A stretch of DNA of 64,000 nucleotides from Schmidtea polychroa. Its lineage: Eukaryota. Each line of letters starts with the position of its first letter. Within the stretch, counting starts at the first letter, position 1. The notes under the pieces are model-generated. The model worked only from the letters and a program-made list of their open reading frames with translations. It made no database searches and was not told the DNA's origin. The stretch is from assembly GCA_044892525.1 (NCBI GenBank), contig CM097885.1, positions 22,568,001-22,632,000 on the forward strand, written 5' to 3'. A program made the position numbers and the translations under genes. Shown piece by piece: positions 23,821 to 37,814 of this stretch.

Positions 23821-24648
23821 CATGGTACTATATGCATGTGTAATAACAAACATATAGAACCTATTTTAACAGTCCAAGTCGTTTGTAATGAGAGATAGGT
23901 AGGCATTCTTTTGGCATTTACTAGTTGACGCTTTAAAAATCACGGATGACGTCGTTTTGAAGTCAACATACATACAATATCTTTCTTTTTTACATACAAA
24001 TATTTCTATATACGCGGTCCTTTAATCCGGGGGCCTTAATACCGGGGAGGTAATGTCGGGGCCGTATTGCCCGGGCTATTTATTTGGGGTACCGATTACA
24101 AAATTATAACATTTCAAAATATAACATATCACGAGATTAACCTAAAACTAATTGACAGATTTAGATGATTAAATTAAATGAAAGATATACATTGTGTTTA
24201 TTAACTGCTTATTTCATTTTCTATGTCTATTAAATTTGTAAAATTTATCTATCATTCCTCGCAGGATGGGTACACTGTATTATTGTGAAAATAAAGTATA
24301 TGAGTTTAGGGTTGTAAATTGATTTAAAAGTTTAAATTATATATTTTAGTATTCCAATTGTATTAATTTTATTCAGAACCTTATTCCAAACCCTTTTTTC
24401 TACTGAAATAATTATAGTTATTTAAATAGTTTTTGAATTAAAATATAAATTAAAATTACTGAAAGGCGGTAATGAAAATTTATGTTGAATTAGAAAAAAA
24501 ATAATCTAAACGAAATTCTACAAGGAAATACACATAGATCAATGCTGGATAAAATAATTAATTATTTTCATATCAATTAAATTTAAAATTAAAAATTGTG
24601 TGGTTTAAAAGTTTAATTGTTTTAATATTCATTTTTTAAATTTTGAAC

Positions 24649-25950
24649 ATGTCAGATTTAAGCATTCAGGATTTAATTATTAAGGCACATGAGCACATCG
24701 AAAATGTTGAACTTAAAGAAGCTATGGCAATAGGAAAAGAGATTCTCGGTAGAGATAGTGATAATAAAAAGGGTCTTGAAATAATGGGTTATATATTATT
24801 AGAATTGAATCTAATGGACGAAGCAAAATTTGTATTTACTGTTATTTATTCTAGTATAATGAATTATAATGTTTAGTGTTTCTCGAAATCTATTGAAAAT
24901 GATACAGGCGATAGTCATGTACCTCATTTGTATATGGGACAGTTAACTGATGGTGAAGAATCTGAAAAGTATTTTCTCACCGCTATAGACATAATGTTAA
25001 AAAATTTGGTGGCCGACGACTCCAAAGTACTTTTGGTTTAAATCAAATTTAACTGATATTTTCTTTAGAAAGTTTTATTTCAGCCGACTAAGCTTGATGT
25101 ATCCAATGCATACGTTAGTTTATGTGAAATATACATGACTGATTTATGGTAATGCAATTTATCTTTTAACTAATTTGAAACTTGATATAAAGTGATAAAG
25201 CTGACGCAGAAGTTAAATGTAACGAATACGTCAAGAGAGCTATTGAAATCGATGGAACAAATCCTGCTGCCTGGCAATCATCAGCTGCATTGCATTTAAT
25301 TAAAAATGAAACAGAAGTCCAAAAATCTTATTAACAAATAAAAATATAATTTTCTTTTACAGTTAGCAAAAGAAAGTATTAAAAAATCTATCGATTTTTG
25401 GCTCCCAGAAGCCCTTTCAGTCATTTCAGACGCGGAAATTGAAGATTGTACCAATGAAATGATGGTGAAACATTTGACTGATAGATATGATTGATTTCAC
25501 TCTTTATCTAGAACACTTGCGATTTGTCAGCTGATTTGCGAGTGAAATGCGCAGAGATTCTATTTGAATTGCAACTATTGGCGGAGGCGAGATCTGTGCT
25601 GGATACGATCCTCGTTGAGGACGACGAGCATTTCCAGGCGCACTATTTAATGGCTTTGGTCATCGAGAAGATTGTCGCAACCAGCGAGGAAAACAAAGAA
25701 GAATTGATTGGAATGATCGAGGATCACGCAGAAATGGCAATAGGGGTAATCACGAGTTACAATTGGGTTGCGATTGTTTTATTGGTTGATTTAGTTGGCC
25801 AATCCGGTTGTTGAGAGCGCTGCTGTTGAGGAAATGTCGAATTTGCTTGAGAAAATCGGATCGGGGTATCGATCATGCGATGAGAATTGCTCCAGCAATG
25901 ACGAGGAGTCCTCGACAGATGAGGAAATGATTGTCGATAAGGAGGAATAA
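24649..25950 (+). CDS. ACL4: TPR protein, ACL4-like (assembly chaperone of RpL4), 7 exons
   Basis: Phase-consistent exons starting at 24649, 24877, 25069, 25193, 25363, 25511 and about 25795, with 42-50 bp introns. Motifs HLYMGQLTDG, SNAYVSLCEIYMTDLCDKADAEVKC, AWQSSA, VLDTILVEDDE and an acidic tail. Confidence 0.8.
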
Positions 25951-26389
25951 ACTTTGGAATTTGTGATTTCTTATTTTGAGTTCTATTTTCGCTTTTATTC
26001 GGGGGGATAATATTAATTTTAGCAATCAGCCAATCAGAACAAAGTCCTTTATTTGTTTGGTTAACCCACGAAATAATTATAATTTTTTTGTTTCGGTACC
26101 ATAGTAACTTGTTGATATTGATAATCATCTAATGGACATTGATTAGGCTTTCATAATATTAATAATAACTTACCTATAAAAATATGTGTGTGTGTCATAG
26201 CCAGAATTAGCTTTGTGACATTAAATAGGCAATTACACTATACACTTAATTCCAAAAAAATCGATGGTTATAGTATAGGAACAAACAAACCCTACTGAGA
26301 TAAATTTTTTATAGTGGTGGTTGGTATGTAAATCATTATTTATCTTAGCCAATTTTGAATTGGCTTTCAGGTAAGATGTTTAATTTTAA

Positions 26390-26465
26390 TAGGGCTGCCA
26401 GACGTCCCGGTTTTGAGATCGGTGTCCCGAAAGAGGTCTTCGGGACGCTCAATTGTCCCGGTTTT
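26390..26465 (+). mobile_element. Isolated hAT-type terminus (TAGGGCTGCCAGA with GTCCCG subterminal repeats)
   Basis: TAGGG start and repeated gtcccg motifs. No partner end found. Confidence 0.5.
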
Positions 26466-26899
26466 TTTGCATTGCAATATTGCAAACAAAATTAAAAATT
26501 TTGGAGGAAACTGCCTCCAAAGTTTCGTTTGTTTATCACACTTTCTATTTTTTGAATTAGCTTTCTTATTCGATGGGTTTTAATATGAAACATTTCCTGT
26601 TGGGTAGATTGTTTTTGTTTAATTTAATCTGTGGCCTTCGTGGGAAAGTTAATTTTTTATTTACAATATTTAAAGCTATTAAATTATTTAAAATATGTGA
26701 GTTTATTGATTTTTATATTTATACTTGGTTTATTATTTTAATTTTTTATATAGTTACCCTAATTTAAAATGCCAAAAAGAAAGTGTTAATTTCTACAAAA
26801 ATATACAGAGCAATTTCCTTTTATTAAAAAAGGCAAATTTGAAACAGAAGCGTTTTGCAAGTATTGTAATTCGAATTTTAGTATCAGTCATGGTGGTTT

Positions 26900-27617
26900 G
26901 TCTGATATTAAAGGTCATATCTGATTTTGTCTAACACAAACACCCAGAAGAGGAATTCCAAAAATGTATTTATTGACGACTTTTGAAACATAATCCAACA
27001 CAACTGTTATCATTTCAAGAACATCACTAGTTACATTTATCACCGGAGACAATTATATATACATTCATATACACGTGCCTTTCTTTATTTCGTAATCCTT
27101 CTTTCATTAAATCCAAAGCATATCTTTCAGATTCATGAGCAATTCTTTGCACTTCAATGGGGACAAACATAGCTCCATTACTTTTAGTTTTGTCCAATAG
27201 TTCATATTTCATATCACATAAATAATCTTCATTTTGTTTTCCAATCGAAATATTACTTTGATCTTTGCTTTGTGAATTTGTAGACTTATCTTTCAGTGTG
27301 ATATTAAGCAGTGGGATGTTCATTGAATACTTGCATAACGGCTCTGATTCTTTAAGATTTTCTAAGTCTTAAATAATACTAGAAAATGTACAAGAGTTTT
27401 TCATTTTGAAATTGTCAGATTTGGGAAAATTAAATGAACGAAACTTGTTATTGAACATATTTTGAATTTCTACTTTATATTTGTAAGAATATACATCATC
27501 ATCATGTATCAATTCATTTCCAATGACACGAGAATTTACGTCAGACCTTCTTTCAAATGCATCAGTTATTGAGAATAGAGCCACTGGATGAATATTAATT
27601 TCAACGACACCTTCCAT
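26900..27617 (-). pseudogene. EIF3F: eIF3 subunit F-like (MPN family), divergent or degenerate
   Basis: INIHPVALFSITDAFERRSDVNSRVIG, GAMFVPIEV..AHESERYALDLMK and ITVVLDYVSKVV follow the eIF3f motif order. The segment after RVIG (TLLG..EVTNCF) is missing and I could not splice an intact frame. Confidence 0.6.
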
Positions 27618-27723
27618 TTTTTTCTCCATTTTAAACAACATCACAAAATCTCTAGAATCTTCTAGCCAAAAACTTTCTACAAAACCAAATCAATCTACAA
27701 CAACAAAAACACAATCCAAACTA

Positions 27724-30700
27724 CACCAAACACCACTGAGAACCGTTTCCTATAATAAAACAAAAAAATCAATATTCTTACATTATAGAAACATACATAC
27801 TTACTCTGATTTCACGTTGATGTTCTCATTTATAGCTCAATGAGATACATCTATATTATAGAAATCTGAAAAGTGGAAGGAAAATTAAAAAATGCACACA
27901 AGCACAACACATAATAAAAAAACACATACAAACTTTTGATTCGTAGAAATGTAACGATGAGATATGTTTCTATAATAATTCTATTTTAGACAATTTTTAG
28001 AAAAAAAAGATCGTTGAAAATTTTTAAAATTATATTTTAATGAAAATATCAAGAGCAGATGAATTTGGTCCAATATCTTTTTACTCCAGATTTGATTTCC
28101 TTTAAGAATCCCCTCATATTGAGCTCAGAAAAAAATTACAAAAATTAAAAAAATTATTCTAATCAGCGATTTTTCCCAAAATGTTTTAAAAAAATACTTT
28201 GATTGATTTATTTACTTAATTATTTATAATTAAAAATATATCGGACTCACATTTTTTCGAAATAATTCCATGATAAATGTCATAAAATTCCTAAAAAGCC
28301 TGAAAATTAATTAAAAATAATTTATAATTATATTGTTGATTAAAAGTAATATTTAAGAACTTGAATAATGATCTCATATCTATATGGATCAAAATTCAAG
28401 TCTTAAAATTTACTTAAAATTTAATATCTTACCTGAAAGCCATTTGTAAAATGGCTAAAATAAATTTCCAAATAAATTTCAAATTCATGATAATGTAAAT
28501 GAATACAATAAATGTGATGATGAGTAAACCGGTGAGTGAATCGGTGATAGAAATCTACACGCCAACCACCACTATAGAGAATGTATCTCAGTGGTGTTTA
28601 TTGTATAATTAAAAAAGACAAAACATACCAACTCTTCGCGTCTATGTGCGCACACTACTCCGAATAGCAGTCTGATAATAACGCGCACACTGACGCGATA
28701 AAAAACGCCAAAATCGGCTGAAACAATACCAATAGCCAGAAACACAAATATGCAGTTGCATCTTCAAGCATGTGTAAAAAGCCATTGACAACATTTTTTG
28801 TAAAACGTGATAGTACCGATGAAATTATGTTTTAGAAGATGGACGAACGCTGAGGATTCTAAAACTTAAACATTACATAATAGAAACAAATAAATATAGA
28901 ATAAATATGCATGTATCTATGTGATTAATGAGATAAACATTATTATATTGTGATTATAAACAATTTGAATGTGACTAATTTATGTTATCAAGCTGGAATT
29001 ATATATTTTGTTTTTATTGATTTATTGGTTTATTATAATATACATAAACTTTTAAATTTAATGTGTAAAGGATAGAAAATGTTGTTTATTAGTTATTGTT
29101 ATTATATATCGTCTTTTATCTATTGTTGTTATTATTATTATAAAATTATTTATTGATCAAATATAGTGGCTCATTTTGTGTGCACAGTGGCACAACTTAA
29201 CAAAATATTGATAAAAGTTTGTTTGGATTAAGTGCAAGAATATGTTCATTATTTAACTGTAAAATATAAAATGATGTTTAACAAATATAAATGGATTTAT
29301 TAATAGATGAAGTTTCACAAAATTTTCATAATGGTTCTAGTAGTAGATAGAATAAAACTAGCATGAAACATAAATCTAATATGAAGTTCGAAATTAATTT
29401 CCAAAAAATAAAAAATCCAATTACTGTACCCGGGGTACTGTATTTGGAAAAATGTTGCTATTAGTGTATCCAGGGTACTCTATTGGGGGGAGTACTATAT
29501 TCAGAACAGTATGATGAAATTGATTATTTAAATAAAATATCATGTAATACACAGTCAATAAAACAGAGTGCGATATAGGAGGCTCGCACGAGCCCTTTGT
29601 TCTTCTTGGTAACTATTTAGTGAATTTTTACAAATGACATATTTTTCTATCTTTTATTCTATTTTATTGCCTCTTCTATACCTTATTAATATAATATTGT
29701 TGTTTTTTGTGTAAAATAAACCATTTAATTAACATTATTTTGTTTTTTTATATGTCAGTCGAAGTGACAAATTACTAGGGTACTAGTTCATACAATTCTA
29801 GGGGGAAAAAGAGCGAGGCCATTTTTAAAATTTTCATAGCTCACCTCTGCAATAAGACATACAAATTGTTCAGACAAAATCGAATACAATTTCCTAATGA
29901 AAATTACTTCCTTAAAATAATAACATTATTTAAATCAAAATTATTTCTCTGATGGACTATCAAATGTTAAAATACGAATAATCCTCCACCGTGGTTTCTT
30001 TGTATTTTTTGAACTGTTTTTACATGTAGTTTGAATTGAATATATTTTTAAATTTATTACTGATCTTTAATTGAATTATTAGAAATATTTATTGAAAGCA
30101 CTTTTATTGATTGAGTTTGATGATTAATTGTTTTAGATCAATTTTGTCTATGAATAACAAACTAAAATACATTAAAGATGCTGGAAAAAGGGATAATTCC
30201 AAAAATATTAACAATTAAAATCTGCACTTTTAAAACAGAAATTCTATTGACTTTTATTAGAACAGAGTGTATTGACATTCGAAATAGAGTGTCAACAGAA
30301 ATTTTATATATAAGTAGATTGATTTCTCAGTCAAATCACCTAAAAATAAAAGTCTCTAAGAAGAATTGCAAATTCAGAAATTGATATTGCAATATAATTT
30401 TATTTTAGAGCATACCTATTTACACATCCAAGCTCAGGAAGCTGCAAGCATTTACATACACATATACACGCATATATATAAAAAATTGAAGTTATTTTGA
30501 AGTGATTCTTATATATATTTTTTAATTTGCAATTTTGATAGATAAATAAATTTATTGAACCAGTTTTTGTGTTCTCATTTATATAGGAACCATCAAGTTG
30601 AGACTTGAGAACCTCAACAGATATGATATATTATTCAAGTTCTTAAATATTACTTTTAGTCAACATTTGTGTTATAAATTATTTTTAATTAATTTTCACG

Positions 30701-31232
30701 TATTTTAATAATTTTATGAAATTTATTTTATAATTATAATTTTGTAATTATTTTTATATAATGTAAATCAGATATATTTGTAATTATACTTAAATAATTA
30801 AATCAATCTCCAAAAATGTATTTTTCTAAAATATTTCTAATGAATATCTAACTTAATTTTAACTCAAAAATAATTCTTACGATGATATTTCGTCATTTTC
30901 ATGATAATAGTTTCTTTAAAAATACATTTAAAAACATTTTCAGGGATATTTTTTTTCTAAAAATTGTCTAAAATAAAGTTATTATAGAAACGTATCTCAG
31001 TGGCGCATTTCTATGAATCGAAAGTTTGCATGTGTTTATTAGTATGTGTTGTATTTTTTTGCTGTATTTAATTTTTCTTCCACTTTTTAGATTTCTATAG
31101 TGTAAGATGTATCTCATTGCACTATTAATGAGAACATCAGCGTGAATTTAAAGCAAATATGTAGGTTTCTATAATTTAAGATTATTGATTTTTTCTTATA
31201 TTAGAGGAAACGTATCTCAGTGGGGTTTGGTG
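27724..31232. mobile_element. Non-autonomous element with long TIRs (about 290 bp clear, about 500 bp degenerate), TA-flanked
   Basis: TA|CACCAAACACCACTGAGA versus TCTCAGTGGGGTTTGGTG|TA. 27724-28010 is an inverted copy of about 30945-31232, with an internally repeated GAAACGTATCTCAGTGG motif. No transposase ORF. Confidence 0.8.
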
Positions 31233-32351
31233 TACACCTGATTCCGAAATATAGGAGTTTATATAATACAGGTTGTGTACATCAGTTAATATGACTCATT
31301 ATTTTCGAGAAAATGAAGTTATTATTATTATTATTCAATTTTTTAAAAGGTTTTCAAGTAAGTTTATTAATTTTAAGTAACTTGTAAGGCTTGCATTTTG
31401 ATTTTATAATAAATTAAGAGAACAAATTATAAAAGCAAGTTATTAAAACGAGTTATTAAAATCGCAAGTTGGTCGAAGATAATAAAGATAAATAAAGACA
31501 GAGATAACTTAGTGCGAACCAATAGTATTGTATTCTTAGCGTACCAAAAACGAGATCTCCCATCGGAAGACTTATCCCAGTGCGAGAGAATAATATCGTG
31601 ATTGAAAATTGTCACATATGAAGTGTCGTTGAAAATCATGTGGATATAAGGTGGATATAAGCTTCTTTAAACAATTATAGTCTATTGAAAAAAAGTCATA
31701 GTATTAGGTTGTTCGATTTATTTGAATAAGGACACCGAGGAGTGGTACCAACTGGTACCAACTTGTAATAAAACTTTGTTTATCCACCTTTCCGTCGTTA
31801 ATACATTCGACTATATTTTCATAAGATCCTCAACTATTCGCTGAAAGTTACTGCAAATGCACTATTTTCATTCATATTTTCATTCATGTTAACTTTCTGT
31901 AAACTACTTACTTATGTTTGGTATTAAATAAACTTTACTTCAGCCAAGTTAAAAATTTCTATTATTAAAAGACATCGAGTTATAGACAGAAAGTAGAAAG
32001 AGGATCAAGTGTCCCACGTCACTCCTATTGTTTAAAATTATCATTTTGTGTATGAGCCTGAAAATACATTTTTCATTATTTTTACATAATGGAAATAATT
32101 TTTTAGTAGGATAAAAAGGGAGAGATCTTTCATTAACATTATGGCAATTATTAATGGGAAATGATGGCACCCAAAAAATTATGTTTTGTGCAATAAATTG
32201 AAAAATATATTTATGTAGAAGGGTGAAAGACGAGATATAATGAAGAACTGAGTAGTAGAGAATGGAAGTTCCATTAAACCTTTCCATGAAACTTATTATA
32301 CTGAAAATTAAAAAAAAATAAATTTGTATTAATTATCAATAAATTTGGTAA

Positions 32352-33213
32352 ATGCTATTGGAAAATTTTGTTTTTAAGTTTATAAATTTCTTTCCTTTAA
32401 TTGCTGGTACGGTGTACAACATGAATAAGTACAATTCAGTGGTGGCTGTTAAAGTACGTAATGGACTCATCTGTACTGGATTTATTTTTTCAAATATTAG
32501 AATTTTGGTATCGAAAACCTGTCTCAACCATCGAAAACGAAAGCTGCTTAATTCACTTTATGTAAAACACAAACCTTATAAACATATCATTAATAAACCA
32601 ATTATTGCAGATTTTAACAGGTATAACTAATCCAGATTTCAATGACAACGATATTGAGGAATGGCCGAATGATCACACGTACGAAGTTCACCACGTAGGA
32701 TATTTCAATAGGAGGCTTACGATTAGAAGAAACCAGAATTCAATCGGATATGATTTCCGTATTCTATTTTTGAGAAGAAAAATATTATTTGGAAAACACG
32801 TGGATTTGGGATTTCTAAGCGCCGATTCAAAAGAATTTCACCGTCAGCAGGTTCTTTCAGAAGTGAAAATAATTCTGATTAATGAAAATTGGAAAAAAAT
32901 ATTAAAATTAATAATAGGTTTGTTTTAACTGATAGTTATTCTACCTTTACACTCCTTTACAGAGTCAGCCAGTGTTTCTTTTGAAAATTGCCTTTCCGTG
33001 TCCACGAGGCTAGCGAAACGTCGAGCCATTATTTGTAACGCGTCGAAAACGAGAGAAAAACTTTATAGAAAGGCAAGATTTGGATCTCTTCTCATAAGTT
33101 CTCAAGGTTTATTTGGACCAGATGTTATATACGGCATCTATTCATCTTATAAAATTAATATTACTGGCATACAAATATTTACTGTAACTTCATTGTTAGA
33201 TTTTCTGAAATAA
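32352..33213 (+). CDS. Trypsin-fold serine protease homologue, predicted non-catalytic (about 255 aa, 3 exons)
   Basis: Exons 32352-32561, 32611-32917, 32963-33213 splice in phase (49 and 45 bp introns). LIAG, ICTGFIFS..ILVSKTC, YDFRIL and FGSLL....GI.S mirror S1 protease motifs. The true start is uncertain. Confidence 0.6.
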
Positions 33214-35159
33214 ATTTCTATTTAATTTTTAATTATATTTTTCTTTTAAGTTTTGTATTGAAGGTTATGCCATCTCGGAGCAATTGTGCTCACTACTTTA
33301 TCAAGCCCATCGCTAAGCCAAATCTAATGAAAAGCAGAAGTCAAACCAGTTACATTGCTAGTGAATGCCTATATATCATAGGTTCTTATGGGTGGCCTTA
33401 CCCTCTGGTGGATGGTGAAGAAATTTAAAGGACCTTGCTTGTCCAAGACAAATTAAAGAACGGTTAAGAACCAATTCTAGAACGCGCTGAAATATTTGAT
33501 GACTTAAATGACCTTCAGATTTAGCCTTTTTCACTTCACCATTTCATTTAATTTGTAATATTTTGTTGGCACATTGTTGGGTGTCATTTTTTTAAAGGTG
33601 TTAGGGGTACTTAGAGATGTTGAATCGACTCCATCCTAAACTCTTCATGATTATTGTCTTTATGCCATCTGTGTACCAATAGTGTTAACCATGTTGGTGA
33701 TGCACACAATGGTTGAAAATCCATAAGCAGGTGAGCTCTATCGCTAAAACTACTCCTCGTGATATTTTCATTTTGAGGTTCTAGACTTCCGATAGAAGGC
33801 CTTGTGTCATTATTCGTTATCTATTCTATTGTTAGGTTATTGTCATGTATTCATTTAATTGTGGTCCTCATTACTAGGTGTTTTCTAATGTTATCTTCCA
33901 AATTTTTGCGCAGGGATCCGCCCTTATTTCCCAGTTAATAAATGTCATTCTATTATTCTCTGCAATACCTGCTAATATGCAACTTATCTTTCAAACATTT
34001 GAGCAGGGATCTGCCTATATTTGTATTTCTGACCTATTTGACACACTAACCACTCATAATTTTCTATAACATTGCCCAAACGGTAATTTTCTACTTCTAA
34101 CCTATCTCAGTTACTCTATCTCTACTCCTAACTCAATAATATTCATAAAAATAACGGTGAAGGACCCGTTCTATGCTACCTCTATTTAAACCAATACTCC
34201 AAACTGTCGAACATCCGCTGTCGCATCAGCACGAGTGCCATCGGTTCAGGAACAGCTTTTAATCTAAATACTTTCAAAAGATAAAAATCATAAAAATCAA
34301 ATCAAATAACATTCATGTAAACTGTAAATATTACTCAAAATTCAAAAAACGAAATAAACAATAAAAAAGAACATAACACAAAAAATTAACTACTAAATTA
34401 AATTTAAAGTTTTATCAAATCATGACATTACATAAAATTATACCTTTCATAAAATTACACTTTATATAAAATTACCAAAATCTAATTCAACTTTTACCAC
34501 GATGGCATGAAACGAAAAACTGAGAGCTGCATAAACAAGAACCAGATTTGTTTAATCAAATAACTAGTTGAAAAGTTAAAAACCAGTTCTTGAACTCAAT
34601 TTGTAATAAGTATTTATACTGATTTTGATTGGGCATCCATGCATTCTCTGCCACTAGCTCCAATCAGAATGCAGTAACATTTGAATTATTTTTACCCACA
34701 TGCATGAGTGTGTGTAATTATTTATTTTTAATTTAATTGATTTAATTAGTTAATGAATTTAAATTTTATTAATTTTAACAATTTAATTTTGTATATTTTA
34801 TAATTTAAATAATTTTTGCTAATTTTATTTTAATTTTCCTTAATTTTAATAATTTAATTCTATAAACTTTATAATTTACATAAGGTTAACTAATTTTATT
34901 TTAATTTTTATTATTTTTAACGATTTAATTTTATAAATTTCATAATTTACGTAATTTCCACTAATTTTATTTTTTAATTTTTATTATTTTATCAGTTCTA
35001 CTGGAATTTCTTTAGTTTCAATTTTTTTAGTTTCAATTTTTAAATGTATTTATTTCTTTATTTTTTTTCATTTAATTTTTAAATAATTTTTTCCTGTTCC
35101 TTTTCTTAATGTATGCACTCATTGCCATAGCTCCTTCGTAGGTAAATGCGAGCCATGAC

Positions 35160-35360
35160 ATCCCTAATTAATTCGATTAGGGTCTTTCGTATGTAAATAC
35201 GACCAATAGTCCTTCTTAAAATTTCTTTTCATATTATTAATTAATTTATTATCAATTATCATTTTATTTATTATTCTTTTATTTTTCGGGAATATTCCCT
35301 TATCTGATTGATCAGGTCTCATTGCGCCTCGAGTTTTCCATGGGTTCGAGCTTTCCATTA
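35160..35360 (-). repeat. Partial copy of the LTR-like family (5' end TGTAATGGAAAG on minus strand)
   Basis: ttttccatgggttcgagctttccattacagattaatt matches 47173-47226. Confidence 0.45.
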
Positions 35361-35697
35361 CAGATTAATTATTTTAATTAATTTGATTTTTCACTTTAAC
35401 TTTCTATATATACCTCTTATTAAATTTTCATTATAATTTCTGAACTCGTTTATCAATTCCATATTTATTTTTGATTTTTAGTAAGTTTTCGATTCTTTGT
35501 TGATACAAAATTTTCGTCATATTAGAAATTTGATGTAAATTTATATAATTTTTTCAACTAAGTCTAGGGTATCAAATTTTTGAATATTTATAAATTTTAT
35601 TTTAAAATTTATTCTTGAAATTAATATTCTTGAAAAAAATTAAAAAAAAATTGTTTGGAAATAAATTGTTTAAATATTCACGAATACTTTTAAAATC

Positions 35698-37227
35698 ATG
35701 AAAGTTAATTATGTTGTTGTTGATAGTGGTCCCATAATTAAGGGAGCAATGTTAGAGGTATAAATTAAAGTTATATTAAAATTTTATACTATATTTAGAA
35801 ATTTAGTAAACATGCCATTTGTTGTCCCGGTGTTATCAAAGAAATAAAAGACCTTAAAACTCGAGAACGTATGCGTAATCTACCTCCGTATTTTTTTTCA
35901 GTAAAATCTCCAAGCGATAAAGCAATAAATCATGGTTATTTTTTTAATAATTTGAAAATTATTTAGTAACATCTTCAGTCATTAGTGTTAGTAAACAAAC
36001 CGGCGACTTGAAAGTATTATCGAAAGTTGACATAGAAGTTTTAGCCTTAGCATATGAAATGCAATATGTAATATTAGTATTTAAAATCTATTTTGAAAAA
36101 CCATTTTCAGCTTAAAACTCCACAACAAGTTGAAGATATGTTTGAGAAATTGGAATTATATAGTGATGATGAAATTACTGAAAAGAAAAGTTCAAATGAT
36201 AATCATTTCAAGAGTGATAATGATGATAAATCTTCGGAAATGACTGATAGTGAAGGAGAATCTTTAGAAGTAACTGATAGTGAGGAAGAATCTTCAGAAG
36301 TGATTGATAGCGAAGAAGATCAATCGGAACATAAAGAAGAAAATGAATTGGAAAATGAATTGAATAATTTAAACATTGAAGAAAATAAAGAGGATGTAGG
36401 TGAAATATTTACAACCTATACTAATTTGGAAGACAATGATGGCTGGGTAACTGCTGAAAATGTTGATTATCTAGATGATTTTGGTTTTGGATTCAGTATG
36501 AAGTATGTTTTTTCGATATTCATCAATATTGAGTAAATAATGATGTTTAGATCATCAAAAACTGATGATAAAGTAGCTATCGATGAATTAGAAGTCATTC
36601 CGTTGATTGGTTGTTTGACCACCGATTACGCCATGCAAAATGTCCTCTTTAAAATGAACATTACGATCTTATCAGTCAATGGAATGGTTATCAAAGAACC
36701 TCGAATTTTCGTGTCATATTGCCGCTCGTGCTTCAAGTGATTGGAAATATTATCCGGAATATTATATTATTTTCTGTTTAATAGGAATTTCCGACGGGTC
36801 GATATCTATTTCTGTCCCAATTGCGGAAACGACAGTCTAGGAAAGGTGCCAGCAAAGATCAAAGAAAACGGAGAGATTGAAATGTTTTTGAAGAAGAATT
36901 TCAAACCGAATCTGCGAAACACAAAAGTACGATAATTTTGTTCATTGGTATTTTCATATGGAATTTATTCAGTTCTCAATTCCGAATCCAACCGGTGGAA
37001 AGCATCGGGATGGGAATTTCTACATATATTGTGCTGATCAGAAGATACCAATGGAGAGAACGAAAAAATCGAAAAATACGTTCGATATTATTGAAACGCA
37101 AGGGATACCGTTTATTCCGCATGACGTCAGCACTAGGGCAGCAATTCTCGGCATCACTGAACGCAAGTTCGGCAATCTGAAACCCAGCCGCCCAAAGGGC
37201 AATCGCAATTCGAAATATAAAAAATAA
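35698..37227 (+). CDS. NOB1: RNA-binding protein NOB1 (PIN domain, acidic linker, zinc ribbon), multi-exon
   Basis: YVVVDSG, KEIKDLKTR, KQTGDLKVLSKVDIEVLALAYE, GCLTTDYAMQNVL, YCRSCFK..FCPNCGN, FSIPNPTGGKH, PFIPHDVSTRAA; short GT-AG introns in phase. Confidence 0.95.
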
Positions 37228-37814
37228 ATTTTATTTCTTTGTTGCTAAATATTCTAATTAAATATAATGTATTATTGGATGCTAATTGGTTGTATGTTGT
37301 TCTTATTATTGTTGCGGTTAATTCCTTAATGGTTCAAGTTCAGAACATAAATAGATGTGTCAACATGTACTTTTTTTCTTGTTACAATAGATATAATATA
37401 ATATCTATTAATAATCTAAGAACTAGGAAAAGTTAAAAATTGATGTGTTATATATAGATATTTTTGAGAATTTGTGGATTATGCCACATTATAGATATTT
37501 ATATATACATATTTTGTTTTATACAGAATAATGTTTTAATACGTATAACATCTCCACTGAATTATAACTAAAAATTCCATCTCCAAAAAATTGATAAATT
37601 TTTAAAACTATATTAACTCATTAACTCGCAGATTTTTAAAATTAATATTTAACAGAACGGTAAAATATCCTTATACATATTTGGGGATGAGTATAATTAA
37701 TGACTAAAATTTGATATCTTAAATATTAAATTAATTGGATAGTTTATTATTATTGTTTGAATAATAATCAATTCAACTTTAAATAATTTAATTTCAAATT
37801 TGTTATTTATTATT

